From positions 4,588,001 through 4,652,000 of the forward strand of contig NC_135903.1 of the NCBI RefSeq assembly GCF_964194155.1: a stretch of 64,000 nucleotides of DNA. The letters are read 5' to 3'. Shown piece by piece: positions 12,569 to 25,000 of this stretch (position 1 is its first letter; the number at the start of each line of letters is the position of its first letter). The notes under the pieces were generated by a model. That model saw nothing but the letters and a program-made list of their open reading frames with translations. It did not search any database and had not been told where the DNA came from. The stretch is from Cetorhinus maximus (Eukaryota). Made by a program: the position numbers and the translations under genes.

Positions 12569-13259
12569 GGGCAGAATTTTCCCCCTGTTGGGGGGGAAGT
12601 TGATGGGCTGGCGCGTGCGGGCGCACTTCCGATCGGAGGCACGGCGCCATTTTACGTGGGTGGGCCAATTAAGGCCCACCCAGCGTGATGTCTACAGGGA
12701 AATGCAATGCATTCCCTGTGCGGGTGGGAGGGAATCCCTAAAATCGAGAGTGCGCTCTTTTGCGCATGCGCACGGAAGAGTGCACTCATTTCCCTGAGGC
12801 TAAGTGCTGCCTCAGGGAGATCGGCTCTACTTTCAGCAATATTAAAAATAGAAAAAAAAAATTCCATCACATGTCCCCTCATGTGACAATGTCACATGAG
12901 TTGGGACATGTTCATAATTTCCATAACAACTTTATTAAAATTTTTAAAACCCTACATGAAACCTCATCCCGCCGGTGGTTGAGGTTTCATGTTTTTTCTA
13001 TTTGCCGCCGGGGCTCCTGGCCTGCCCGCCAACCTTCAAGTTGGACGGGCAGGTCCTTTAATTGCTTAATTGATCCTGTCAGTGGCCTCAATTGGCCATT
13101 GACAGGTCGGTGGGCCCGCAGATGATTTTGCTGCGCTCCTGCCTTCCTGAAAATTTAAATTGAGAGGGGTGACGTCGGGAGTTCCGCCCGACATCCCGTG
13201 TCATTTTACATGTCATTGAGCAGGCCCCGCCCCCGCTCACCAACGGTAAAATCTAACCC
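12569..13259. mobile_element. Non-autonomous Harbinger-type MITE (family H1)
   Basis: TIRs gggcagaatttt / aaaatctaaccc; flanks tat/tgt; cleanly interrupts CR1 coding sequence. Confidence 0.88.
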
Positions 13260-14214
13260 TGTATCTGCCATGTTTTTGCCCACTCACTTAACCTGCCTAT
13301 ATCCCTCTGTAGACTCCTTGTGTCATCCTCACCACTTGCCTTCCCACCTGTTTTTGTGTCATCCGCAAACTTGGCGATAGTAGATTCGTTTCCCTCATCC
13401 AAATCATTAATATATATTGTAAATAATTGTGGCCCCGGCACTGATCCCTGTGGCACTCCACTACAGGTTGCCATTCTGAAAATTACCCCATATCCCAACT
13501 CTCTGTCTATTAGTTAGGCAACCCTCTATCCATGCTAATACATTACTCCCAACACTATGGACTCATCTCATTAAGTAGCCTTATGTGCGGTACCTTATTG
13601 AATGCCTTTTGGAAATACAAATATATTACATCTACTGGTTCCCCTTTATCTATCCTGCTTGTTACCTCCTCAAAGAATTCTAATATATTTGTCAGGCATG
13701 ATTTCCCCTTCATGAAGCCATGCTGACTCTGCTTGATTAGATTATGTGTTTCTAAACGCTCTGCTATTTCATCCTTTATAATAGACTCCAACATTTTCCC
13801 AATGACAGATGCAAAGCTAAAGTTCCCTGTTTTTGTCTCGCTCCCTTTTTGAATAAGGGTGTTACATTGCCAGTTTTCCAATCCTCTGGGACTTTTCCAG
13901 AATCTAAGGACTCTTAGGGCAGAATTTTTTGGCTGGCGGGCGGGTGGAGTAGGAACAGACGTGGACCTGATGGGGTCCGTGCCGCCATTTTATACGGACG
14001 AGCCAATGAAGGCCCACCCAGTGTGAATTGCAGCTCCCGAGGACAGCGGGAGTGGGCGGGCGGCGGTGGGTCTGCAATGACCACCGGGTCCAATGGCCTG
14101 TTTTAAAACGTTGCTGCAGCCTTTCCAAGGCTGTGAATCACGGCCAGTGGAAGGTCTCCCCAGAGCGCGGCTGGTGAGCAGGTCAAGCAGGAGGGTTGGG
14201 CAGAGGCTCACCGT

Positions 14215-16349
14215 GCTCCTCGTTTTTCTGATGATTGCCGTGTTGCCCTCCTCAAGGAGGTGGCAGCTTAGTGTGAGGTTCTCATACCCCAGGATGGGAG
14301 GAGGAGGCCCCCCCACATGACCAAACCTGCCTGGGAGGAGGTGGTGGGGGTGGTGAGCTCCCGCGACGTGGTGCGACGCACCTGGGTCCAGTGTCACAAG
14401 CTCTTCAACAACTTCTTGCGCTCAGGAAGGGTGGGTACCATGTTGGCATTGGTCACTTAACCCAGCAGGTAGGCTTTCCCCCCCTGGTGGCCCCTGCTCC
14501 CAATTCTGAGTGTAGTGACTGCATTGAATCATTGACGGCCTGTGTCCTTCGCTGGGTGGGCCAGCAGATATTGCCCATGCCGAGGTCACCCTGAGAGGGT
14601 GGTGAAGAGATGGGTTCTGCCCCCGCAGTATGTGGTACACTGAGACCCACATGACTGTTTTGGGGGTAACCTGGAGGAGCTGCACCTGGGCGCAGGTCTG
14701 GAACTCCAGGACCTGTCAAAGTCAGGGTGATGAGATGCTGGGAGGGGAGCTTCAAGGTGGCGTTGGCACTGATCGATTTGCTGCCCTTTGCGCTCCAAGT
14801 GCTTGCGCCTCCTTGCTATGGAAGGTTAGACCGTGTGTTGCCTAATGTGATGTAGGCAGCATTTGGCCAAGGGGGTGGGGGTTGGGGACAGGCCTAGCAT
14901 CTTTGTGTGAGTGTTCAGCAGCAGCGGGGTGAGGAGACACTGGAGCCCTGCAATGTCCCACTCTGGTTGGGGTGGGCCGTCCGTGAAGAGACTCCAGGTA
15001 CAAGTTGCACTAATCAATGCTCTTCTCTCCTTTTCAGGAGAAGGATGTACATAATGCCGCTGAGCGGGTGAGGACTGGCGGAGGGCTGGCCCAGGTGGCG
15101 ATGCTTAGCCAGTTCATGTAGGAGGCTCTGGATCTGGAGAGGCGCCATGCGCCCAGGTCCACCGGTGTCGGTGAGGCTGGGGTGCCACAGGCAGGTATAT
15201 TTGCCCAGCAGTGAGGTCACCATTGTTCTCCCAACAGGCATGGCAGTGCTGAATGTTCAGTTTGAAGTTTGCAACATGGCTTGACCACTGCTTCTGGAAG
15301 GATGAGTGCATAATGATCCGGGGGACAGGGATGCACATTGACATTGTCTCCACATTAACTGATCCAATGTCCTTGTTCTTCCTTTCAGCATCAGCGGAGC
15401 AGGGCCGTGAAGAGGAGCAGCAGAGGCCCCCTCTCACACCTGAGGTCCCTGAAGTCTCAGACTCGCCAGCGTCACACCATCTCTGCCAGGCAGGCACCAG
15501 CGCAGATACTAGAGCTAGATATCATCGGCTAGTGTCCTGGGGCACAGCGGTGAGGGCACTTCATAGTCACTGGAGGAGCTGGCAGAGACAGAGAGTGCCC
15601 ATGGTGCCAGCAGTCAGAGGATTGCAGGGGACTAGGCACATGCTCAGTCGGTGCCTGATGATGAGCCTCTGGAGTGGTCCGCGATGCAGCAAACGCAGGA
15701 AATGTGACCGGGTGTGTGGGAGCATCTGGGGGAGATACATGAGGCTATGCTTGGCTTGGTGTCCGTGGTGGAGGAGTCTACGCGGACGATCGCCGAAGCA
15801 ATGAGCCACATGTCCGAGCGCCATGCGTCCTCTATGGGGAGAGTGGTGACTCTCGTGGAGAGGCTCCTTCAGGAGACACATCAGGGCTTCCTGGAGATGC
15901 GCTTGGACCAGCAAGCCCTCACATCGGCATTGACCACAGCTGGTCAGTGCCAGTGTGGGAGATGGTCTGGGCATCAAGTTTCCCAGCTTGATGCCCATCC
16001 ATTAACGGTGAGCAGGGAGGTCCGAAGCGACCTCACGTTGGCGCAGCAGCTGCCTGTCGTCTCTGCGGGCTCCTCTCAGGGCACTCCGGATGAGGGCGGC
16101 AGCTCCTCTGCCCCTCTGCCAGTGACCGTTGCATCTGGTGAGGCTGCGATGACTGGGGAGATGCCAGCTGTGGAACTGGCAGCTCCCTCCCAGGCGGGGC
16201 CAGCACTGGCTCCATGGGCCAGAGGATGGCTGCCAAGGTCATCGAGGCCAACAGGACAGCAGAGTCTGCAGGCTGGCTCAGATGCCAGTCCCAGCGAGGG
16301 GGCAGCACCAAGATGTAGCACCCGAAAGCGTAAACATAAGGCACCTTAG
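14215..16349 (+). pseudogene. Harbinger Myb/SANT-like (NAIF1/MSANTD-type) DNA-binding protein gene, 3 exons, disrupted
   Basis: Exon 1 APRFSDDCRVALLKEV...AWEEVVGVVS...RTWVQCHKLFNNFLRSGR, donor GT at 14431. Exon 2 15038-15194 EKDVHNAAERVRTGGG with an internal stop. Exon 3 from 15389 ends TRKRKHKAP*. Splice phases are compatible. Confidence 0.85.
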
Positions 16350-16674
16350 GCACAGCACGGGTTTATCACTGGTGCTTTTGTGTTGGCCCAAGATGAGGTC
16401 TTTAGGTGTTCAACATCACACCAACTCATTTGTCATTTTGTTCTCTTAAGTTCATTTTGTTATACCATTAAATTCAGACATGTCACCATGGCTGAGGGTG
16501 TCTCCTTTCTTCTGCGGGTGGATGGTTACCCATGATGTTATGAGTGAGTTGTGTCACATTGAGCTTTATTGACAAGGCCCTTAGTTAATGTTCCTATCCA
16601 GGCAGATTTTGCGCTCAGGTATTGAGTATGGAGCCTGCATCCCAGGCTTGTCCTGGAGGTCCATATGTGGTGTG

Positions 16675-17059
16675 CTAGCTGAAGGTTTGTTGGGTTAAAG
16701 CCTCCCGGGTGTCCCTGCCTCCCTGAAGTATGCCCGGGTCAGCGCCTACCCCCTCAGCATTTCCCTGTGTGTGCTCATCCTCGGACTCACTGCTGGACTC
16801 ATCATGTGCAGCCGCAGCCACTGCATCTACACCTTCTTCATCCACAGCGTCCCCCCCTTTCCAGCGCAAGATTGTGGAGAGTGCAGAATGCAATCATTAT
16901 CCCCTACACACGATCTGGGGGGTACTGGAGTGCACCCCCTGAATGGTCCATGCATTGGAAGCGCATTTTGAGAAGACTGATGGCTCTCTCCATCAAAGCC
17001 CTTCTAGCCCTCCCTTCCTTCTCAGAGGAGGTGCCTCCAGTGGAGAGTTCAACTCCCAT
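16675..17059 (-). pseudogene. Harbinger transposase remnant (HARBI1-like, DDE_Tnp_4 C-terminus)
   Basis: MGVELSTGGTSSEKEGRARRALMERAISLLKMRFQCMDHSGGALQYPPDRV*GIMIAFCTLHNLAL, then a frameshift into an acidic tail ending GRDTREALTQQTFS*. Confidence 0.88.
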
Positions 17060-17671
17060 TCCCAGGCTAAGGGAAGGCTTTCTGAAATCTGTGGGTCCAA
17101 AAATGATTCCTCACTGCAGACTGCTGACCTGAAGGCTGAGAGTCCAGTCCAAGCAGCTGGTATGCATTTTGAAATATTGCAGCTCTCACAGGCAAGTATC
17201 AGTTACTTTGCAAATTAAATATTTGACAGAGCACACTCGCGACCCCACTGAGCCCTCTTACCCCGCCCGTGGATGAGGTTTATACAAATGTGTCTTACCC
17301 GCCTGCCTGTTTCACCCGTGTGACGACCCGAAGATTGCACGGGTGCCAAAAAACCGCCATCAGTTGGCACCTCAAGGGCCTTAAGTGGCCCGTTAATTAA
17401 TGGCGGGCAGGCATCGGAGATCATCGTGTGGTCGACCAATGAAATATCACGATGGCGGGTGATGACATTGGGACGCTCGCCCGACGTCACCGTGTGTCAT
17501 TTTACGCGTCAGCATGTGGGGCCCGCCCCCACACGTCAACAGGAAAATTCCGCCCTTGGAAAATTACTACCAGTGCATCCACTATCTCTGCAGCTATTTC
17601 CTTTAATATCCTAGGATACAACCCATCAGCTCCATGTGGACTGAATGGAGGTCTACTGCAAAGTGATCACC

Positions 17672-17742
17672 CAATCTGCATATCTCCAGAATTTCTTTGT
17701 TTTATTTCAGATTACCAGCATCTGAAATTTTTGCTTTTATGA
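17672..17742 (+). mobile_element. PLE 3'-terminal fragment
   Basis: tccagaatttctttgttttatttcagattaccagcatctg matches the terminal sequence seen inverted at 59131-59190. Confidence 0.55.
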
Positions 17743-18914
17743 AAGTGAGAGAATGGCTTTGATATTGTCCAAAAAATAGTATTAAGCTCCCACAGTGATA
17801 AGAACAATAGAAGAAAATACCATGAGAAAATGGTACCAAAGAGTAGCTTATGTTTGATTGTGATGTTATAATGTTATCATTTTGACGAGATAGAAGGATT
17901 ATGTAGTAAATATAAAATTGATGACTGTGTTTATAACTGTGTGATGTGTTTAGTACGGTTCAGTTAATTCACTAAACAAGGTGTTGTGACACTCTACTTT
18001 TCATTGAAAATTGCAGATGTCTTTTGTGGGGATAAGGTAGTGCTATTAGCTGAAAACAGTTAGCAGAGAGGTTGTTCTGTTCACTATCCTGAACACACTA
18101 CCAAAAGCTTACTTAGTTATCAAAGCTAATGATTATATTCTTGAAGAGGTAGGGAGATCCACCACTCCTCTGAATGTGATTTAAAGTGAGGAGGCCTGAA
18201 AAAGATTGAAAGAGAAAAGTGGAATAAGCCTCCAAAACTGATGTCCCATAAACAAAAAGGGAACTTGAAGCGTTTGAGATTTGTTGTGACTTATTCCGCA
18301 GGCTGTGATCAACTCATTCCAACTTGCTGAGTGTCCCAAGAGATTCAATGAATGGACTTAGAAAGCTGAAATTCTCAACTACCTCATGGGATGTATCTGA
18401 GGTAGTCATCCATTGGCAGACCACACCAGGCATACAATTTCGCCTAATTGTGTAAAGTTGCTTCCTTCCTTTGCGCTTTATTAAACAGTAGGCCAAAACC
18501 TTTAGTCTGCAGGTAAAGATTCCTAGCCTTCATGCTGCTATGCTACTGAAACTGGTAGATAATGGATTCTGGTTGGAGTCCAGCTTGGGCAGCTATCAAT
18601 GAACCTTTGATAGACAATGTCAATGCAAGCTGCTGCATGTAAAATGGCTACATCAAGATGCTTTTTCCCAACACGAGACAATGGAAATATCTGGAGGGTT
18701 GGTCATATATTGACTAGGCTAATGGACAAAGGTAGAACGTCAGATACCTGACAGATTTATTCTGCAAAACACCGTGTGGATAAAACAGAAGTGGCTATAT
18801 CATTTGTTTCTGGATCTGCTACAGTCAAGGCCCTGTGTAGTCAATCAGTCGATTGTTTGACTGCCTGCTGCTGTCTGCCAACACTTCAGAAGAAACAAAT
18901 AACCATTTCTTCAT

Positions 18915-19040
18915 GGGTATCGCTCATTTCCTAAATTACAACAGTGACTGCACTTTAGAAGTAATTAATTGGTATAAAACGTTTTGGGACATCCTGAGGT
19001 TGTGGAGGGCACCATGGAAACGCAAGTCTTTCTTTCCTTC
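18915..19040 (+). mobile_element. Deu-domain SINE (AmnSINE1/SacSINE1-like, family A) 3' part
   Basis: ttcctaaattacaacagtgact...ttttgggacatcctgaggttgtg...gcaagtctttcttt matches the reverse complement of the 43330 and 50735 copies. Confidence 0.75.
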
Positions 19041-19199
19041 CATTAAAATGTCATTGCTGTGCTATATGATGCTCTATTGCACAGTTGCAAAATAGTGTAG
19101 TTTGCATGGTTAGTTATGGCATTAAAAGAACTTCACCAGTTTCAATAAACTTAATGGAATAATATTTAACTGCATGAGACAGGGTGATAGTTACAAGGT

Positions 19200-19480
19200 T
19201 TGAATAAAGGAAAAAGACATCTCCGAGGGTTCTGGGGCTGGAGGAGATTACAGAGGTGGTTGGGTGGTGGGAGGGGGGAAGGGGCAGTGGTTTGGCGGGT
19301 GTGCGTGGTGGTGGGTGGATGTGATGCACAGGGATTAGAAAACGAGGAGGAGGATTTTAAATTTGAGACGTTGCCTGAGCAGGAGCTGGTGTAGATCAGT
19401 GAGGATAGGGGTGATGGGTGAGCAGGGGACTTGATGTGAGGAAGGCCAGAAGCAGCAGAGTTTCGGATGAACTCAGACTA
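19200..19480 (-). mobile_element. L2-like LINE 3' fragment
   Basis: Complementary to the plus-strand L2 fragment at 44300-44745 (cacccatcacccct, tctaatc, ctgtaatctcctccagccc). Confidence 0.55.
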
Positions 19481-19483
19481 ATT

Positions 19484-21422
19484 GGGCTGGATTTTACAGG
19501 GGTGGGGGTGGTGTTGAGGCAAGTCCAGGGTCTCACCAGACTATGGCAAGTGGGGGTGAGGGGGCTGTGGTGGATAGGGGAGGCTTCGGGGAGGCCTCTG
19601 ATGGGCACAGGGGGTTGCCATAAAGGTGGCACCCTCCCGGTTTTGACTGGCCACCAGCTCACCTGGTGAAACCTGCCTGGCTGGACACTTGGCACCGGCC
19701 TCCTCCACCGCAGGTTAAATTCCAGCAATGGCTGGAGGAGGCCCTTAAGTGACCATTAATCCTGGCCACAGGAGGGGTACCAGAGGACTGGAGGACAGCC
19801 AATGTGGCACTGTTATTCAAGAAGGGTGGAAGGGATAAACCAGCGAACTACAGGCCAGTCAGTCTAACCTCAATGGTGGGGAAACTATTGGAAGCAATTC
19901 TGAGGGACAGAATTAATCTACACTTGGACAAGCAGGGATTAATTAAGGACAGTCAGCATGGTTTTGTTAAGGGGAGGTCATGTCTGACCAATTTGATTGA
20001 ATTTTTTGAAGATGTGACCAGGTGTGTAGATGAGGGCAATGCATTTGACATAGTCTACTTGGGCTTCAGCAAGGCTTTTGATAAGGTCCCACATGGTAGA
20101 CTGATAATGAAGGTAAGAGCCCATGGGATCTAAGGCAATTTGACAAATTGGATCCAGAATTGGCTGAGTGGCAGGAAGCAGAGCGTGATGGTCGAGGGGC
20201 GTTTTTGTGACTGGATGCCTGTGTCCAATGGGGTTCCACAGGGATCAGTGTTGTGTCCCTTGCTGTTTGTGGTATATATAAACGATTTAGACTTGAATGT
20301 AGGAGGGTTGAGCAGTAATTTCACGGATGACACGAAAATTGGTGGGGTGGTAATTAGTGAGGAGGATAGCCTTAGATTACAGGAAGATATAGACCGGCTG
20401 GTCAGATGGGCTGATCAGTGGCAAATAGAATTTAATCTGGATAAGTGTGAGGTGATGCACTTGGGCAGGACAAACAAGGCACAGGGATACACGATGAATG
20501 GTGGGACCCTGGGAAGTACTGAGGATTAGAGGGACCTTGGTGTGCATGTCCATTGGTCTCTTAAGGTAGCGGGGCAAGTAGATAAGGTGGTTAAGAAGGC
20601 ATATGGGATACTTGCCTTTATTAGCTGAGGCATAGAATATAAGAGCAGTGGGGGTTATGCTGGAACTGTATAAAATGCTGGTTAGGTCACAGCTAGAGTG
20701 TTGCGTGCAGTTCTGCATTATAGGAAGGATGTGATTGCACTAGAGAGAGTGCAGAGGAGATTTCCAGGATGTTGCCTGGGTTGGAGATTTTTAGTTATGA
20801 GGAGAGATTGGATAGCCTGGGGTTATTTTCCTTGGAGCAGAGGAGATTGAGGGGGGACATGATTGAGGTGCATAAAATTATGAGGGGTATAGATAGGGTG
20901 GACAGGAAGTAACTTTTCTCCTTGATGGAGGGATCAATAACCAAGGGACATAGATTTAAGGTAAGGGGCAGGAGGGTTAGAGGGGATGTGAGGAAGAATT
21001 TTTTCACCCAGAGGGTGGTGGGAATCTGGAACTCACTGCCTGAAAGGGTGGTAGAGGCAGAAACCCTCATAACATTTAAGAAGTATTTGGATGTGCACTT
21101 GCGATGTCATGGCATACAAGGCTATGGGCCTAGTGGTGGAAAATGGGGTTAGAATGGTTAGGTACTTGTTTGACCAGTGCAGGCTCGTTGGGCCGAAGGG
21201 CCTTTTTCTGTGCTGCAGACCTCCATGACCCTATGGCCTCAATTGTCCCATAGGCAGGCAAGCATCCTTACAGCATCCCCACCACTGGTAAAATTGCGGA
21301 GTGGGCAGGACTGGGGTTAAATAGGTAAGCCCCAGGGACCGTGCCCCTCAAATGGCACCCAATCCTATGCCCCTCCCCCCCCACCTGCCAACTTGCCCCC
21401 AGAGGGCCATAAAACCCAGTCC
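19484..21422. mobile_element. Harbinger-type MITE (family H2) carrying a CR1 insertion
   Basis: TIRs gggctggatttta / taaaacccagtcc (11/13 match); exact 3-bp TSD att/att. Confidence 0.85.
19761..21235 (+). mobile_element. CR1 LINE, 5'-truncated, relatively young
   Basis: ORFs 19804-20133 (PANYRPVSLT, QHGF), 20140-20529 (PQGSVL..FTDD) and 20922-21152; tail ctccatgaccctatg. Confidence 0.95.
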
Positions 21423-22008
21423 ATTGTGTGAGGACTCTCAGGAAGCAACTCGAGTATCACACAATCTTAAAAGTAATTCACTACCTTATTAAACCAGTAC
21501 AATATAGTTGTACCACTTTGAGGCACTTTACATTCTAATACTACAATATTCTCATGGAAAAATGGCTGCTTTGCTGCAACAGTCAGGTTAGATGAAAATG
21601 CTACTGCCTTACATGCAAGATTCTAAGTGAATACTTTAACTGACTCGTTATTTGATTCTCAGATCTAAGTACTTTAAACAAAAGGAATGGTTTAATTTGC
21701 ATTTTGAGAAATGCTGTGTTAATTTCATTTTTCATAAACAAGTCTAGCAAGCGCCCTGATTGTTTGAGTAGATTTTACATAATCTCAATCTATTGCCATT
21801 CAAGAGCCTTGGTTAGAACCAACAAGTGACACCGTTTGCATCAAAACCATCAGCTAGAAATGGATTAATGAGTTTAAGTGTTGAGCACTTGTAGATTACG
21901 TCAATGCCTCAGGATCTGCCTGCATAATTTAACTGCCATTTAAATAAGAATTTTTGGATTTCGGGAAACTTTGTTGCTGTCATGTCTTCCTACAAAACAA
22001 AGGTGACT

Positions 22009-25000
22009 TTTTAAAATTCATTCATGGGATGTGGGTGTTGCTGGCTAAGCCAGCATTTATTGCCCATCCCTAATTGCCCTCGACAAGGTGGGTGGTGAGC
22101 TGCCTTCTTGAAACGCTGCAGTCCATGTGTTGTTGGAACACCTACAGTGCTGTTAGGAAAGGAGTTCCAGGATTTTGACCCAGCAACAGTGAAGGAACGG
22201 TGATATATTTCCATGTCAGGATGGTGTGTAACTTGGAGGGGGACTTGCAAGAGATGGTGTTCCCATGCATCTGCTGTCCTTGTCCTTCTAGGCGGCATAA
22301 TTCCTTCTAGATGGTATAATTTGCAGGTTTGGAAGGTGCTGTCAAGGGAGCCTTGGTAATTGTTGCAGTGCATCTTGTAGATGGTACACAGTGCTGCCAC
22401 TGTGCATTGGTGGTGAAGGGGAATGAGGGATGGAGTACCAATCAAGCGGATTGCTTTGTCCTGGATGGTGCCGAGCTTCTTGAGCGTTGTTGGAGCTGCA
22501 CTGATCCAGGCAAATGAAAATATTCCATCACACTCCTGACTTGTGCCTTGTAGATGGTGGATAGACTTTGGGAGTCGGGAGGTAAGTTACTCTCCACAAC
22601 ATTCCCAGCATCTGACCTGCTCTTGTAGCCACAGTATTTATATGGCTGGTCCAGTTCAGTTTCTGGTAACCCCAGGATGTTGATACTGGGGGATTCAGCG
22701 ATGGTAATGACATCGAATGTCAAGGGGCGATGGTTAGATTCTCTCTTGTTGGAGATGGTCATTGCCTGGCACCTGTGTGACATGAATGTTATTTACCACT
22801 TATCAACTCAAGCCTGAATGTTGTCCAGGTCTATCTGCATTTGGACACAAACTGCTTCAGTATCTGAGGAATCGCGAATGGTGCTGAACGTTGTGCAATC
22901 ATCAGCGAACATCCCCATTTCTAACCTTATGATGGAGGGAAGGTCATTGGTAAAACAGCTGAAGATGGGGTTGGGCCTAGGACATTGCCCTGAGGAACTC
23001 CTGCAGCGATGTCCTGGGGCTGCAATTATTGATTTCCAACAACCACAATCATCTTCCTTTGTGTTAGGTATGGCTCCAACTAGTGGAGAGTTTTCCCCGA
23101 ATCCCATTAACTTCAGTTTTTCTAGGGCTCGTTGATACCACACTCGTTCAAATTCTGCAATCACTCACCTCACCTCGGTGGTTCGGCTCTGTTTTCCATG
23201 TTTGAACCAAGGCTGTAATGAGGTCAGGAGCTGAGTGGCCCTGGTGGAACCCAAATTAAGTGTCAGTGAGCAGGTTATTGCTTTGTAAGTGCCGCTTGAT
23301 AGCACCTTTGACAACATTTTCATTATTTTGCTGATGATCGAGAGTAGACTGATGGGGCAGTAATTGGCTGGGTTGGATTTGTCCTGCTTTTTGTGGACAG
23401 GACATACCTGGGTAATTTTCCACATTGCCGGGTAGATGTCAGTGTTGTAACTACGCTGGAACAGCTTGGCTAGGTTTAGATCTGATCCGTTGGTTGTTGG
23501 ATCGCTTAGCTCTGACTATTGCATGCTGCTTCCTCTGTTTGGCATGCAAGTAGCCCTATGTTGTAGCTTCACCAGTTTGAGACCTAACTTTTCCATAGGC
23601 CTGGTGCTGCTCCTGGCATGCCCTCCTGCACTCTTCATTGAACCAAAGTTGATCCCTCAGCTTGATGGCAATGGTAAAGTGTGGGATATGGTGGGCCATG
23701 AGGTTACTGATTGTGGTTGTATAAAATTCTGCTGCTTCTGATGGCCCACAGTGCCTCATGGATGCCCAGTTTTGAGTTTCTGGATCGGTTTGAAATCTAT
23801 CCCATTGAGCACGGTGGAGTGCCACACAACACGATGGAGGGTATCCTCAATGTGGAAACTGGACTTAGTCTCCACAAGGACTGTGTGGTCCTACCAATAC
23901 TATCATGAACAGATGCATCTGCGACAGGTAGATTGATGAGGACGAGGTCAAGTAGGTTTTCCCCTCTTGTTCTTATTCTTTCATGGGATGTGGCATTTGT
24001 TGCCCATCCCTAATTGTCCTTGAACCGAATGGCTTGCTCGGCAATTTCAGAGGGCAGTTAAGAGTCAACAACATTGCCGCATGTCTGGAGTCACATGTAG
24101 GCCAGACCAGGTAAGGTCGGCAGATTTCCCTTCCCTAAAGAGCACTAGTGAACCAGATGGATTTTTACAACAATGGATGATAGTTTCATGGATATTCTAG
24201 ATTTTTATTAATTGAATTTGAAGCTGCCCTGGTGGGATTTCAACCCCTGTTCCCAGAACCTGGGTTTCCGGTTTACTAGTCCAACGACATTATCACTACG
24301 CCATCATTTCCCCATACCACCTGCCAAAGACCCATTCTAGCAGCTACGTCCTATAGGGCTCACTCTGTTGTCGTGCTACTGAGCCACTCTTGGTGATGAA
24401 CATTGAAGTCCCCCACCCAGAGTACATTCTGAACCCTAGCCACCCTCAGTGTTACCTGCAAGTGGTGTTCAACATGGAGAAGTACTGATTCATCAGCTGA
24501 GGGGGGACAGTAGGTGGTGACTAGCAGGAGGCATCCTTGTCCCTGTTTGGCCTGATGCCATGAGACTTCATGTGGTCCAGAGTCGATGTTGAGGACTCTC
24601 AGGGCAACTCCCTCCCACTGTATAGCACTTTGCTGCCACCTCTGGTGGGTCTGTCCTGTTGGTGGGACAGGACGTACCCAGGGATGGTGATGGTAGTCTC
24701 TGGGACATTATCTGTAAGGTATAATTTTGTCATTCCGCATAATGACTATCAGGCTGTTGGGCTGTGGGACAGCTCTCCCCAGATGTTAGAAATGATGACT
24801 TTGCAGGGTCGACAGGGCTAGGTGTGCCATTGTTGTTTTCAGTGGTCCATCTGGTTTCATTCCTCTTAGGCTTCATAGTGGTTTGATACAACTAAGTGGT
24901 TTGCTAGGCCATTTAAAAGTCAACCACATTGCTGTGGGTCTGGGGTCACATGGAGACCAGACCAGGTAAGGATGGCAGATTTCCTTCCCTAAACTGCTGT

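Larger units (their letters stand above)
13917..17555. mobile_element. PIF/Harbinger DNA transposon, internally deleted, with convergent Myb/SANT and transposase genes
   Basis: TIRs gggcagaatttt / aaaattccgccc; 3-bp flanks tta/ttg; Myb/SANT gene on the plus strand and HARBI1-like transposase remnant on the minus strand. Confidence 0.93.
11757..17630 (-). mobile_element. CR1 LINE RT fragment interrupted by MITE 12569-13259 and Harbinger 13917-17555
   Basis: ORFs 11853-12568 (KCEVMHFG...LVRPHLEYC...WNSLP), 13253-13498 (PQGSV..FADD) and 13555-13881 (QHGFMKGKSCLTN); CR1 sequence resumes at 17556. Confidence 0.92.

Noticed and set aside
15714-16349. 211-aa ORF as a host gene
   Set aside because: It lies inside the Harbinger TIRs and is the frameshifted last exon of the transposon Myb/SANT gene.
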